A stretch of DNA of 64,000 bases from an uncultured Solirubrobacteraceae bacterium (GTDB lineage: Bacteria; Actinomycetota; Thermoleophilia; Solirubrobacterales; Solirubrobacteraceae): assembly GCA_963705235.1 (NCBI GenBank), contig OY970059.1:1589209-1653208 (forward strand), given 5' to 3'. The notes below the pieces were generated by a model that did no database searches, was not told the DNA's origin, and saw only the letters and a program-made list of their open reading frames with translations. Of the stretch, positions 53,047 through 62,953 are shown piece by piece (positions within the stretch are counted from its first letter, which is position 1; every line of letters starts with the position of its first letter). Position numbers and translations under genes: made by a program.

Positions 53047-54219
53047 GTGTCCGGCAACCCTGACCCCGACGTGCCAGGCACCTCATATCAGGGCAACCTC
53101 CGAGTGGTCATCGTCGGCGGAGGTGTCGCCGCCTTGGAGGCCGCGCTGGCGTTGGCCGATCTTGCGCCCGGCCGCATCGATGTGAGCGTCATCGCTCCTG
53201 ACGCCGAGTTCGTCTATCGGCCGATGGCCGTCCGCGAGCCTTTCGCCTATGGCGCGGCGCACCGCTACCCGCTGGCGCCGATCGTCCACGATGCCGGGGC
53301 AACGCTGATCACAGACAAGCTGGCCTGGGTCGACCGGACCACGCGGACGATTCACACCGAGGCCGGTGAGTCGCTCGAATACGACGCGTTGCTACTCGCG
53401 CTCGGGGCGAGCATCAACAAGCGCTACACCCATGCTCTGACGATCGACGACCGCGATCTGGATGAGACCATGCACGGCCTCATCCAGGACATCGAGGGCG
53501 GCTACGTCCACAAGCTCGCATTTGTTGCGCCCGGACGTATCGCCTGGCCGCTGCCCCTGTACGAGATGGCGCTGATGACGGCCGGTCGCGCCTACGACAT
53601 GGGCATCGAGTTGCAGACGACCATCGTCACGCCCGAGGACAGTCCGCTGGCCATCTTCGGGTCAACGGCGAGCGACGCAATCGCCGAACTGCTCGACCGT
53701 GCGAAGGTCCAGACGATCACCTCCGCCTACGCCGAGGTCCCCAGCTCCGGCGAGGTGGCCATCAGTCCCGGTGAGCGCCACCTGAAGGTGGACCGGGTGA
53801 TCGCGCTGCCTGAACTCTCCGGCCCTGCCATACGCGGCGTGCCTCTCGGTGAACACGGCTTCATCCCGGTAGACCTGCATTGCCGGGTGCGCGATGGCGA
53901 GCACATCTACGCAGCGGGCGATGCGACCGACTTCCCCGTCAAGCAGGGCGGCATCGGCGCGCAGCAGGCCGACGTGGCCGCTCAGTCGATCGCAGCGCTG
54001 GCCGGAGCTTCCGTGACACCCGAACACTTCAAGCCCGTGATCCACGGCATGCTGCTCACAAACGACACGCCGCGATATCTCACCGCTCACATCACCGGAG
54101 GGCAGGGGTCCAGCTCGGAGATCACTGACACGCCGACCTCGTCGTCGCCCCCCAAGATCGCCGCGAAGTACCTGGCCCCGTACCTGCAGAAGCGCGACCG
54201 CGAGGGCGCCCCGGCATAG
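53047..54219 (+). CDS. FAD-dependent oxidoreductase, sulfide:quinone oxidoreductase-like fold
   Basis: VVIVGGGVAA, FVYRP, YDALLLALG, YAAGDAT, KQGGIGAQQA. Confidence 0.85.
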   Translation: MSGNPDPDVPGTSYQGNLRVVIVGGGVAALEAALALADLAPGRIDVSVIAPDAEFVYRPMAVREPFAYGAAHRYPLAPIVHDAGATLITDKLAWVDRTTRTIHTEAGESLEYDALLLALGASINKRYTHALTIDDRDLDETMHGLIQDIEGGYVHKLAFVAPGRIAWPLPLYEMALMTAGRAYDMGIELQTTIVTPEDSPLAIFGSTASDAIAELLDRAKVQTITSAYAEVPSSGEVAISPGERHLKVDRVIALPELSGPAIRGVPLGEHGFIPVDLHCRVRDGEHIYAAGDATDFPVKQGGIGAQQADVAAQSIAALAGASVTPEHFKPVIHGMLLTNDTPRYLTAHITGGQGSSSEITDTPTSSSPPKIAAKYLAPYLQKRDREGAPA

Positions 54220-54235
54220 CCAGCGGCGCTCGCCG

Positions 54236-55090
54236 CTAGCCGGCGGGCGCGGTGGCGGCCAACCGTGCGGCGATCGCCGCCGTGTCGCCGATCGCGCCGG
54301 CGCCGGCGCCCCGCATCCGCACCGCCGCGGCCGCGGTGGCGAAGCCGGCGGCCTCCCGCGGCGTCTGCCCCTCGCCCAGCGCCACGAACAGCGCCGCCGC
54401 GAACACGTCACCGGCGCCGAGGTCCTCGACGGGATCCTCGAGCGCCGGCACCGCCAGCTCGACGTCCCGGCCGTCGGGCGCCAGCAGCCTGCTGGGCCGC
54501 TCGGCGGCGGTGATCGCCACCAGCGCGCCGGCCTTGCGGGCGCGGGCGATCAGGCTCGCGCAATGCTCGTGCTCCAGGTCGCTGAGGACGATCGCGTCGC
54601 AAACGTCAGCCACCCGCTCGACCGCGGGCGCGGGCGCGGTCAGGCGCACCTGGCCACCGGGCTCGCTCCACGCGCGCAGCAGACCCTGTGGGGTCAGCCC
54701 GACGAACTCGACCGATCCCCGCCAGTCGACGGGGGTCTCGCGCGCGACCGGCGCCAGGTGCAGGATCGAGCAGTCCACGCTGGGGGCGGCGATCGGGCCG
54801 GCCCACGCCAGCATGCGCTGGCTGCGCGCCGCGCCGCTGCCGGCGGTCAGCAGCGTGGTCGTCTCCCGCGCGGGGGTCACGTGCAGCTCGACCTCCGGGC
54901 GGTATGGCTCGAGCAGCTCCTCCAGCTCGCGGGGAACGCCGGCGGTCACGATCAGCGCGCGCCGGCCCAGCCGGGCGGCCTGCAGCGCGCTGTACAGGGC
55001 ACTGCCGCCGGCTCTGCGCGAGCCGTCCTGCAGGACGTCGATCGTCACGTGCCCGACCGTCGTGTAGTCGAAGTGCAAGGAGCCGTTCAC
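54236..55090 (-). CDS. PfkB-family carbohydrate kinase
   Basis: GHVTID, AGGSALYSA, EDLGAGDVFAAA. Confidence 0.85.
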   Translation of the reverse strand: MNGSLHFDYTTVGHVTIDVLQDGSRRAGGSALYSALQAARLGRRALIVTAGVPRELEELLEPYRPEVELHVTPARETTTLLTAGSGAARSQRMLAWAGPIAAPSVDCSILHLAPVARETPVDWRGSVEFVGLTPQGLLRAWSEPGGQVRLTAPAPAVERVADVCDAIVLSDLEHEHCASLIARARKAGALVAITAAERPSRLLAPDGRDVELAVPALEDPVEDLGAGDVFAAALFVALGEGQTPREAAGFATAAAAVRMRGAGAGAIGDTAAIAARLAATAPAG

Positions 55091-55216
55091 CCTCTCCGCG
55101 GCCTTGTGGGACGATGGCGCGGGACATGCCGGCGGCGAGAGGCTCCCGTGCGTCTGGACAGGCGTATCCGTATACCAAATCGAATGCCGCGGTCGCTTGT
55201 TGTCCTGTGTGAGTCG

Positions 55217-56560
55217 ATGACTTCGAGCTACGTCCACAGACGGGTTTCGCTGGTGCTGTGCGGGGTGATGGCGGCGTTGTGGCTGGCGCTGAGCGCCGGC
55301 CCGGCGCACGCGGCCTCCGCCGCCACCCGGCACGCCGCCGGCCAGCGCGCCGCCCGATCGCCCTACCCGGCCGCCGCCACGCGTGCGCTGCCGCGCCCAC
55401 GCGCATCGGACTTCGCGCGCGCGGCTGCCTCCAGCGGTGGCTCGGCTGCGCCGGGCTCCTCGCCGAGCAGCAAGAAGCCGGCCAAGCCCGCCAAGCCGGT
55501 CCTGCGCGGGAACCCCGCGCGCGCTCTGGTCGCCTTCCAGGCGATGCAAAAGCGCTACTACGTGCGCGGCCCGGGCCTTTACTTGGGCGAACCGTTCTCG
55601 TATCTGTGGCCGTTCTCGCAGGCGCTGGCGGCGACCGTCAGCGTCGCCAACATCCCGCGGCTGCCGGTCTCACTTACACGCGAACTGAAAGCGCGGGTGG
55701 TCGGTCTGCGCTCCTATCTGGATACAAACAACGCGGCGGCCGCCGAAGGCACTTACACGAGCACGCTGGCGGCCTTCGACGGCACCGTCGCGCCGCCGGT
55801 CGGCCCGGGCGGCCCGAAGTACTACGACGACAACGACTGGGTGGGCATCGAGCTGGCGCGGCTGTACCGCCTAACGCACAGCGCCGCAGAGCTGGGCACC
55901 GCCGAGGCGATCATGGCCTTCGAGATGGGCGGCTGGGCGACCAGCCCGACGCTTGGATGTCCGGGCGGCATCCCATTCTCCAATGCCGCCGAAAACTCCC
56001 AGCGCAACACCGTCACCACGGCGCCCGCTGCCGAGCTGGCGGTGCAGCTTTACCGCATCACCCACAACCCTCAGTACCTGGCGTTCGCCCAGACGGCCTA
56101 TGAATGGGTGCGCCGCTGCCTGCTGCAACCCAATGGCATGTACGGCGATCACGTCAACCGCAGGGGCATTGTCGAACCGATGCTTTGGAGCTACAACCAG
56201 GGCACGATGATCGGCGCCGGCGCGCTGCTGTACCAGGCGACGGGCAACGCTGCCTATCTCTACCAGGCGCGCCAGACCGCGAAGGCCGCGCTGTCTTACT
56301 TCACGCCGGAACGGCTCGCCGGCGAGCTGCCGTTCTTCGCGTCGGTGTACTTCCGCAACGTGCTGTACCTGGACTCGATCACGCATGACCCGCCGGGGGC
56401 CAAGCTTGCGCAGGCGTACGTTGACTACGCGTGGCAGCACCGGCGCCTGACGGGCTACCTGTTCGTGGCCGGCTCGCCGCCGTCGGCGCAGCTGCTTGTG
56501 CAGGCGGCGATCGTGCAGATCTACGCGCTGCTGTCCTCGCCCCCGAGCACGTACTTCTGA
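55217..56560 (+). CDS. Secreted glycoside hydrolase family 76
   Basis: Signal peptide, YYDDNDW catalytic DD, GGIPF, WSYNQGTMIG. Confidence 0.85.
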   Translation: MTSSYVHRRVSLVLCGVMAALWLALSAGPAHAASAATRHAAGQRAARSPYPAAATRALPRPRASDFARAAASSGGSAAPGSSPSSKKPAKPAKPVLRGNPARALVAFQAMQKRYYVRGPGLYLGEPFSYLWPFSQALAATVSVANIPRLPVSLTRELKARVVGLRSYLDTNNAAAAEGTYTSTLAAFDGTVAPPVGPGGPKYYDDNDWVGIELARLYRLTHSAAELGTAEAIMAFEMGGWATSPTLGCPGGIPFSNAAENSQRNTVTTAPAAELAVQLYRITHNPQYLAFAQTAYEWVRRCLLQPNGMYGDHVNRRGIVEPMLWSYNQGTMIGAGALLYQATGNAAYLYQARQTAKAALSYFTPERLAGELPFFASVYFRNVLYLDSITHDPPGAKLAQAYVDYAWQHRRLTGYLFVAGSPPSAQLLVQAAIVQIYALLSSPPSTYF

Positions 56561-56640
56561 ACCCTGTCCGACGCGGGGGCGCGCCCCGCGCGCTGCTGGT
56601 GGCGGCGGCCGCGAGCGGGCGCGAGGAGTAGGCTGGGCTG

Positions 56641-57105
56641 GTGCAAGAGGGTGCCAACCTGACCACCGTCGAGGGACTGCGCGTACTCGAAGCTGAATTG
56701 GCCACGCTCGAGGGTGAGGGGCGTCGCGAGATCGCCGGGCGGATCAAGACCGCGCGCGAATGGGGCGATCTAAAGGAGAACAGCGAGTATCACGACGCCA
56801 AGAACGAGCAGGCGCACCTAGAGACCAAAATCGCGAGGCTGCGCGAGAAGATCGCTGACGCGGTGGTCGTCGAGGAGGCGCCCGGCGACGTCGTCGGCTT
56901 CGGCTCGACGGTGGTCGTGCGCGACCAGGACGGCGCCGAGCAGACCTGGCGGATCGTCAGCTCGCACGACGCCTCGCCGCGCGAGGGGCGCCTGTCGGCC
57001 GAATCGCCGGTGGCAGTGGCGCTGCTCGGACGCGCTCCGGGCGAGCAGGCGTCGGTGATGCTGCCCAAGGGCGAGCGCACACTGACGATTCTCAGCGTCA
57101 GCTGA
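56641..57105 (+). CDS. greA: Transcription elongation factor GreA/GreB family
   Basis: AREWGDLKENSEYHDAKNEQ, VGFGSTV, LSAESPVAVALLG. Confidence 0.88.
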   Translation: MQEGANLTTVEGLRVLEAELATLEGEGRREIAGRIKTAREWGDLKENSEYHDAKNEQAHLETKIARLREKIADAVVVEEAPGDVVGFGSTVVVRDQDGAEQTWRIVSSHDASPREGRLSAESPVAVALLGRAPGEQASVMLPKGERTLTILSVS

Positions 57106-58204
57106 GCCGAGCGCCGCCGGCGTAGGTCCGGCGCACGCGGCGTACGAACCGTCGCGGCTTGGTTGCGTACAGCCGCCGGCCGTCCCGCAGCGCGCGCTTG
57201 CGCAGCTGGCGCCGCCGCTTGGCGATCAGGCCGAGCAGGGTCTTGCGGGTGCGCCGTCGGACTTGCCAGGTGTGTCCCTTGCCGCGGCGCTGCGCGGTCA
57301 CCAGGCGCTGCGCGAACACCGCCAGGTCGTGGTCCTCGCCGAGCAGTTCGCCGAGATCGTCGGCGCGCGTGGCCACGCTGTGCAGCCAGCGTGCGTCCTG
57401 CTCGGCCCGCTGGCGCGAGCGCCGGCCGGCGCTCTTGCCCGCTGTGCTCGCGGAACCCCGCCGCTCGAGCATTTCGGCGGTGTAGCGCAGGTCCTTGACG
57501 CGTTTGCGCCAGCGGTGCATAGCGTTGGTGTGTAGGCCCTTGCGCGAGGCCAGGCGCCGGTGGCGGCGGCGACCCTGTCGATACAGGGACGTGAGGTCGC
57601 GCTCGATCAGCTCGATGCCGCCCTGCTCGGGCAGCCGCCAGGCCGCTACGCGACAGCGCAGCGCGCGCAGCTCGCAGAGCACCTCGCTGCGCGTCTGTGG
57701 GTCCCCGAGCGCGCGCCGGCGCATCCTCGCGTGCTCGGCCTTCAGGTTCCGTCGCAGCTTGGCCACGCCGCCTCGCCCCAGCTTGCGCGGATGACGCTCG
57801 ATCAGCGTGTCGAGGGTGTTCAGCATCACCTGCGCGTCGCGCGCGCCGGACAGCCGCTGGGCGACCTCGCGGAGCGTCGCGTCCTCGCGCTCGAACGCGG
57901 CGTCCCCCAGCTCCTCGGCCAGCAGCCCAAGCAGGGCGCGCAGCCGCTTGAGCGCCTTGCGCGTGTCGTGCACGGCCTTCTCCTGGGAGGCGTCCTCGCC
58001 GGCGGTGTCGATCAGCTCGATCGCCAGGTCGAGCTGACCGAGCGCCATCCGCGCTAGCCCTTCGGCGAGGTGCTCGTGCGCGGCCAGGCCCAGGCGCCGG
58101 TCGCGCCCGCGTCGGCGTGCGTGGCGACGCTCGCGGTCAGCTCTCGCCACGACCAGCCCGACGCCGAGAGCGACGGTTGCGACGGTCGCGGCCAGCGGCG
58201 CCAC
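57098..58204 (-). CDS. CHAD-domain protein with N-terminal hydrophobic segment
   Basis: VHDTRKALKRLRALL, LSGARDAQV, MHRWRKRVKDLRY, LLGEDHDLAV. Confidence 0.85.
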   Translation of the reverse strand: MAPLAATVATVALGVGLVVARADRERRHARRRGRDRRLGLAAHEHLAEGLARMALGQLDLAIELIDTAGEDASQEKAVHDTRKALKRLRALLGLLAEELGDAAFEREDATLREVAQRLSGARDAQVMLNTLDTLIERHPRKLGRGGVAKLRRNLKAEHARMRRRALGDPQTRSEVLCELRALRCRVAAWRLPEQGGIELIERDLTSLYRQGRRRHRRLASRKGLHTNAMHRWRKRVKDLRYTAEMLERRGSASTAGKSAGRRSRQRAEQDARWLHSVATRADDLGELLGEDHDLAVFAQRLVTAQRRGKGHTWQVRRRTRKTLLGLIAKRRRQLRKRALRDGRRLYATKPRRFVRRVRRTYAGGARLS

Positions 58205-58213
58205 AATGGAGCG

Positions 58214-58489
58214 ATGCCGAGCCTTCCGCCCGCCCCATGGTGGTCGGTGCGCCGTGCCGCCAACCGCAAGCCTGCGACGTATCGCTGTCCGATTTGTGGT
58301 CATCTGCTGCCCGCTCTAAGCGAGCATATGCTGATCGCGCCCGAAGGAGATACCCGGCGGCGGCGACACGCCCACACCGAGTGCGTGCTGGCGGCTCGCG
58401 CGCGCGGGCAGTTGCGGCTGCGCGAGGACTGGCAGCGCACACAGCCGCGTGCGGCCTCGCTGTGGGCGCGGCTGCTGCGCCGCGGGTAG
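58214..58489 (+). CDS. Small putative Zn-binding protein
   Basis: YRCPICG and RHAHTEC motifs. Confidence 0.7.
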   Translation: MPSLPPAPWWSVRRAANRKPATYRCPICGHLLPALSEHMLIAPEGDTRRRRHAHTECVLAARARGQLRLREDWQRTQPRAASLWARLLRRG

Positions 58490-58501
58490 TACCCGAGCGC
58501 C

Positions 58502-59155
58502 CTAGTTTCTGCTGAGCGTCTTGGTGGAGTTCGCCGGCGGGATCGGGTTCAGCGGCGTCAGCTCGCCGTTGTTGAGCTGGAAATGCACGACCGACTGTCC
58601 ACCGGTGGGCGAGGACAGCGGGTCGCCCGGCCGGTAGAGCTGGTAGGCGAGCGTGACTTCGGTGTCGCCCTGGGAGACCACGCGCACGGTGGCGCTCGGC
58701 TGCTTGGTGTCGGTGCCGATGAAGCGTCCGCCGACGAAGAAGAACGCCTGCTGGCCGTAGCCGTCGCCCGCTCCGTCGCGACTACCGACGAGCACGCGCA
58801 GCGTTTGTCCTGAGTGGTACTGCGAGCCGTCGGCGGCGGTGTAGCCGTGTGCGCGCAGCACCGCTTCGGCTTCGCCCGCCCCTTCGCCGTGCGCTTCGTG
58901 CTGGGTGAACGCCGGCTCGGTGGCGGTGCGCGTGGTGCTGGGGGCCGAAGTACCACCGGCGGCGCCGGTCGGCGCCGGCGTGGTGGTAGCGGTGCTCGTC
59001 GTTGTTGCGGGTGTTGTACTGGTGCTCGACTGCGTCGGCGGCGGGGTTTCGGCGACCGATTCGGTCTTGGTCTGTGAGCCGCAGCCGGCGAGCAGCAAAC
59101 CGCTGACGAGCGCCGGCGCGAGCGCCAAACGACGGATGGGCAGGTGGCGTGGCAT
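58502..59155 (-). CDS. LppP/LprE-like lipoprotein
   Basis: LLAGC lipobox, Thr/Pro linker, QQAFFFVGGRFIGTDT, VTLAYQLY. Confidence 0.75.
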   Translation of the reverse strand: MPRHLPIRRLALAPALVSGLLLAGCGSQTKTESVAETPPPTQSSTSTTPATTTSTATTTPAPTGAAGGTSAPSTTRTATEPAFTQHEAHGEGAGEAEAVLRAHGYTAADGSQYHSGQTLRVLVGSRDGAGDGYGQQAFFFVGGRFIGTDTKQPSATVRVVSQGDTEVTLAYQLYRPGDPLSSPTGGQSVVHFQLNNGELTPLNPIPPANSTKTLSRN

Positions 59156-59264
59156 GCAGCCATGGTATTCGCCGTGCTCGCGTCGACCACCCGCTTCCCA
59201 ATTATTATTAGTGACTGCTAAGATAGCTCGCTTACATCGGTGGCTGACAAAGGAGCGTTGTGGC

Positions 59265-60725
59265 ATGAGCGGGTCGCGCAGGAACAACTGGACCTTGGCA
59301 ATCGTCTCGGTGGCTCTGTTCATGGTCGTGCTGGACAACCTCGTGGTGAGCGTCGCGCTGCCGACGATCCACCGCGACCTGGGGGCGTCGATCCAGGAGC
59401 TGGAGTGGACGGTCAACGCGTACGTGCTGGCCTACGCGGTACTGCTGCTGACGGGAGCCGCGCTCGGCGATCGGTTCGGGCGCAAGCGCATGTTCTTGGC
59501 GGGCATGGCGCTGTTCACGGCGGCCTCCGCGGCGGCCGCGCTGGCGCCGAGCACCGGCGCGCTGGTGGCCGCGCGCGCGGTTCAGGGCGCGGGCGCGGCG
59601 GTCGTGACGCCGCTGACCCTGACGCTGCTGGCGGAGGCGTTCCCACCAGCGCGCAGGGGCTTGGCGATCGGCGTGTGGTCGGGCGTCAGCGGCGTGGCGG
59701 TGGCGCTCGGGCCGCTGGTCGGCGGCGCGGTCGTGCAGGGCATCTCCTGGCACTGGATCTTCTGGCTGAACGTGCCGATCGGCCTGGTCGAGCTGCCGCT
59801 GGCGATGCGCTGGCTGAGCGAGAGCCGCGGCCCGTATGGGACGCTCGATTTGCCGGGGCTTGTGCTGGCCAGCACGGGCGCGTTCGGCGTCGTGTTCGGC
59901 CTGGTGCGCGCGCAGTCGTTGGGTTGGACGAGTGCGACAGTGCTCGGCTGCTTGATCGGCGGCGCGCTGCTGCTGGTGGGCTTCGTGCTGCGCGAGCGCG
60001 CCACCAGCGAGCCGATGCTGCCGATGCACTTCTTCGCTGAGCGCTCGTTCAGCGTGACCAACGTCGCGTCGCTGAGCATGTACTTCGGCATGTTCGGGTC
60101 GATCTTCTTCCTGTCCCAGTACATGCAGAACGTGCTCGGCAACACGCCGCTGCAGGCGGGGCTGAAGCTGCTGACGTGGACGGGTGCGACGCTGATCGTG
60201 GCGCCGCTGGCGGGCGTGTTCTCCGAGCGGCTGGGCAGCCGCCTGTTCATGTTCGCGGGGCTGTCGCTGCAGGCCGGGGCACTGGCGTGGCTTGCCAGCC
60301 TCACCGCCCTGCAACTACCGTACGCGCATATGATTCCCCCGTTCGTGATGGCCGGCGCAGGCATGGCGCTCGTGTTCGCGCCGTCGGCCAATGCGATCCT
60401 GGCGTCGGTGCGCGCCGAGCAGGCTGGGCAGGCGTCGGGTGCCAACAACGCCATCCGCGAGATCGGCGGAGTGCTGGGCGTGGCGGTGCTGGCGACGGTG
60501 TTCACCTCGGCCGGCGGCTACAGCTCGCCGCAGGCGTTCATCGACGGCCTGCGTCCGGCGCTGTGGGTGGGCGTGTCGGTGCTGGCCGCGGGTGCGTTGA
60601 TCGTGCTGGCGCTGCCATTCGGGGCGCCGGTGGTCGAGACCTCGACGGATGAGGGGACCGGCGCCGAGGACGCTCGCGAGCACGGCGAGCAAGCGGTGGG
60701 CGGGCTGGCGGGCGAGGCGGCATGA
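59265..60725 (+). CDS. MFS transporter, DHA2 family
   Basis: FMVVLDNLVV, WTVNAY, ALGDRFGRKR, WHWIFWLNVPIG. Confidence 0.93.
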   Translation: MSGSRRNNWTLAIVSVALFMVVLDNLVVSVALPTIHRDLGASIQELEWTVNAYVLAYAVLLLTGAALGDRFGRKRMFLAGMALFTAASAAAALAPSTGALVAARAVQGAGAAVVTPLTLTLLAEAFPPARRGLAIGVWSGVSGVAVALGPLVGGAVVQGISWHWIFWLNVPIGLVELPLAMRWLSESRGPYGTLDLPGLVLASTGAFGVVFGLVRAQSLGWTSATVLGCLIGGALLLVGFVLRERATSEPMLPMHFFAERSFSVTNVASLSMYFGMFGSIFFLSQYMQNVLGNTPLQAGLKLLTWTGATLIVAPLAGVFSERLGSRLFMFAGLSLQAGALAWLASLTALQLPYAHMIPPFVMAGAGMALVFAPSANAILASVRAEQAGQASGANNAIREIGGVLGVAVLATVFTSAGGYSSPQAFIDGLRPALWVGVSVLAAGALIVLALPFGAPVVETSTDEGTGAEDAREHGEQAVGGLAGEAA

Positions 60726-61330
60726 GCGCCAGCGATACGGCCGTCGGCGGGCGGGCTCGCAGGCGCGTGCCGGCGGCCGAGCGTCGCGAGGAGCTGATTG
60801 CGGCGGCTGTCCACGAGTTTGCCCACGGTGGCCTGCACGGCACACCGGTCGACCGTATCGCCCGCCGCGTGGGCGTCGCCCAGCCGTACGTGTTTAGCCT
60901 GTTCGCCAACAAGCGCGAGCTGTTCCTGGCGGCGTTGGAGCGCAGCTTCGAGCTGGTCGCGGACATGTTCGCGCGTGCGGCCGCGGACTTTCACGCGGGG
61001 CGCGCGCCGGCCGATTGCGAGGACGCGCTGCAGGCGATGGGGCGCGCCTACCGCGAGCTGCTGAGCAGCGACCGCGACTACCTGATGCTCCAGCACCAGT
61101 CCTACGCGGCGTGCGACGACGAGGTCGTGCGCACGCGCGTGCGCAACCGCTACGCGCGGCTGGTGGCGCTGGCCGGTGAGCTCTCAGGCGCTGACGGCGA
61201 ACGCCTGGATGACTTCTTCCGCCACGGCATGGCGCTCAACGTCGCCGCCGCGCTCGGCGTCGAGGACCTGTCGGTGGGCTGCGAGTGGGTGCGTGGTGAG
61301 CTGAGCTACGATGACCCGCAGAACGCGTGA
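60722..61330 (+). CDS. TetR family regulator
   Basis: LIAAAVHEFAHGGLHGT..IARRVGVAQPYVFSLF. Confidence 0.9.
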   Translation: MSASDTAVGGRARRRVPAAERREELIAAAVHEFAHGGLHGTPVDRIARRVGVAQPYVFSLFANKRELFLAALERSFELVADMFARAAADFHAGRAPADCEDALQAMGRAYRELLSSDRDYLMLQHQSYAACDDEVVRTRVRNRYARLVALAGELSGADGERLDDFFRHGMALNVAAALGVEDLSVGCEWVRGELSYDDPQNA

Positions 61331-61590
61331 TGTCCGCTCAGTCAGCACAGCAGTCGAGCAGGGACGGTCGGCCTCGACGCGGTACCAGCGATCGGATGCG
61401 CGCCGGCGGCATGATCGCGCTGGCGGCCGTGTTCATTCTGTTCGCGCTGCTCAACCTCAACGAGGTGAAGGTCAACTGGATCGTCGGGTCGGGCCACGTG
61501 CCGCTGATCATCGTGATCGTAATCTCGCTGCTGGTGGGGATCGTGCTCACGTACTCCGCTGAGCGCCTGGGCCGTAAGCGTCGCCAATAG
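61330..61590 (+). CDS. LapA/DUF1049-like small membrane protein
   Basis: Two TMs, LNLNEVKVNW..VPLIIVIVISLLVG, basic tail. Confidence 0.75.
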   Translation: MSAQSAQQSSRDGRPRRGTSDRMRAGGMIALAAVFILFALLNLNEVKVNWIVGSGHVPLIIVIVISLLVGIVLTYSAERLGRKRRQ

Positions 61591-62953
61591 GCGCCCGGCG
61601 CTCGGTGACGATCTCGACGGCGCCGTCGGCGCCGATGAACGGCGCGAGCACGACGTAGGAGAGATGGTCGGAGAGGGCGGCGAGCACCTGCGTGCGTCCG
61701 GCGAGCACCTGGCAGCGCAGCGTGTGCCAGATCGCGCCGGCGACGGCATCGGTCGTGAGCCGCGTGTCGGGTTGTACGGGCGCGCCCTCGGTCAGCAGCG
61801 TGGCGATGCTGTGCGACAGCTCGAGCGTGCGATCGAGCGCTTCGTCGCCGGCGAAGAACGCCTCCTGCGCGAGCGTGCGCGCGTGCAGCGGATGGTCGGC
61901 CATGTAGCGCAACAGCGATGCTGTGACGCGGCGCACCGCGCGCGGCCAGTCTGAGGAGACCAACTCGGGGTCGGCGGCGATCGCCAGCAGCTCGTCGGCG
62001 ATCATGTCCAGCGCCGCCAGGAAGCACTCGTCGCGCGTGGCGAATTGCTCACAGAAGGCGTCGATCGAGACGTTCGCCTCATCGGCGATCTGCGGCCCGG
62101 TCAGCTCGCGGTAGTCCTCTTGCGTGGCCAGCCGCAGCACGCCCTGCATTAGCCGCGTGCGCTCGTCGTGTGCGGGCGCTTCGGCGCCGGTTAGTCCGTG
62201 TCCGTAGGCGGCGGAGACCTCGCGCATGCGCACGCTCAGCATGTCGGCCATGCGCTGAGCGTCGGAGGTATCGAAATGCAGTGTCCAGCGCAGCAGCTCC
62301 TCGGCCAGGTCGACGTCGGCTGCGTCGCTGCGCAGGTAGCTGGACGTGGCTCCGAGCAGTCCACCGGCGATCCCGGTTACGACCGGCATCGGCAGCGGCG
62401 TGGCGCCCGACTGGGCAAAGCTCTGGGCGAGCATCTGCTCGCAAACACCGCTGGCGCGGCGCACGCGCGCGACCCCGGACGAGCCGACGCGCTGTGCCTC
62501 CTGCACGACCAGGACGGTCGCGTTGCGATCCTCTTCGACCGATTGCGCAAAGCGCCGGAACGCTGCCTCGAAACGATCTTCTAGTGAGCCGTCGGCGGCG
62601 GCGTATGCACGCCTGGCCTCGCGGATCTCGCGGCGTGCGAGCAGGTCGAAGGTGGCAAGGAAGCAGCCCTCCTTGTTGGAGAACTGCTCGTAGAACGAGC
62701 GTCGCGAGACGCCCGCCAGTCCGATCACCTGCTTGACGCTCGTGCCTTCGTAGCCGCCACGCCCGACCGCCTCGACCATCGCTCCGTGGATGCGTGCGCG
62801 CTGGTGTCTGATCACCTCGTTGCGCTCGAGGCGGTGGGGTCCGTGCGGTAGGCGCTTGTAGAGGGGCGCGATATATCCCGCGCTCCCTGAGCGCTTGCTC
62901 CGCTTGGTGTGATCGTTGCGCGCGGACAACGACGATCTCCCTCCTGATGCCAT
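61547..62953 (-). CDS. Tandem double-TetR regulator
   Basis: Two HTH domains: HQRARIHGAM..GVSRRSFYEQF and ERTRLMQGV..NVSIDAFCEQF. Confidence 0.85.
   Translation of the reverse strand: MASGGRSSLSARNDHTKRSKRSGSAGYIAPLYKRLPHGPHRLERNEVIRHQRARIHGAMVEAVGRGGYEGTSVKQVIGLAGVSRRSFYEQFSNKEGCFLATFDLLARREIREARRAYAAADGSLEDRFEAAFRRFAQSVEEDRNATVLVVQEAQRVGSSGVARVRRASGVCEQMLAQSFAQSGATPLPMPVVTGIAGGLLGATSSYLRSDAADVDLAEELLRWTLHFDTSDAQRMADMLSVRMREVSAAYGHGLTGAEAPAHDERTRLMQGVLRLATQEDYRELTGPQIADEANVSIDAFCEQFATRDECFLAALDMIADELLAIAADPELVSSDWPRAVRRVTASLLRYMADHPLHARTLAQEAFFAGDEALDRTLELSHSIATLLTEGAPVQPDTRLTTDAVAGAIWHTLRCQVLAGRTQVLAALSDHLSYVVLAPFIGADGAVEIVTERRAPIGDAYGPGAQRST

Noticed and set aside
59200-59225. TTAG-N6-CTAA in the AT-rich patch upstream of the MFS-TetR operon as operator
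   Set aside because: Location is plausible but symmetry is too weak to call
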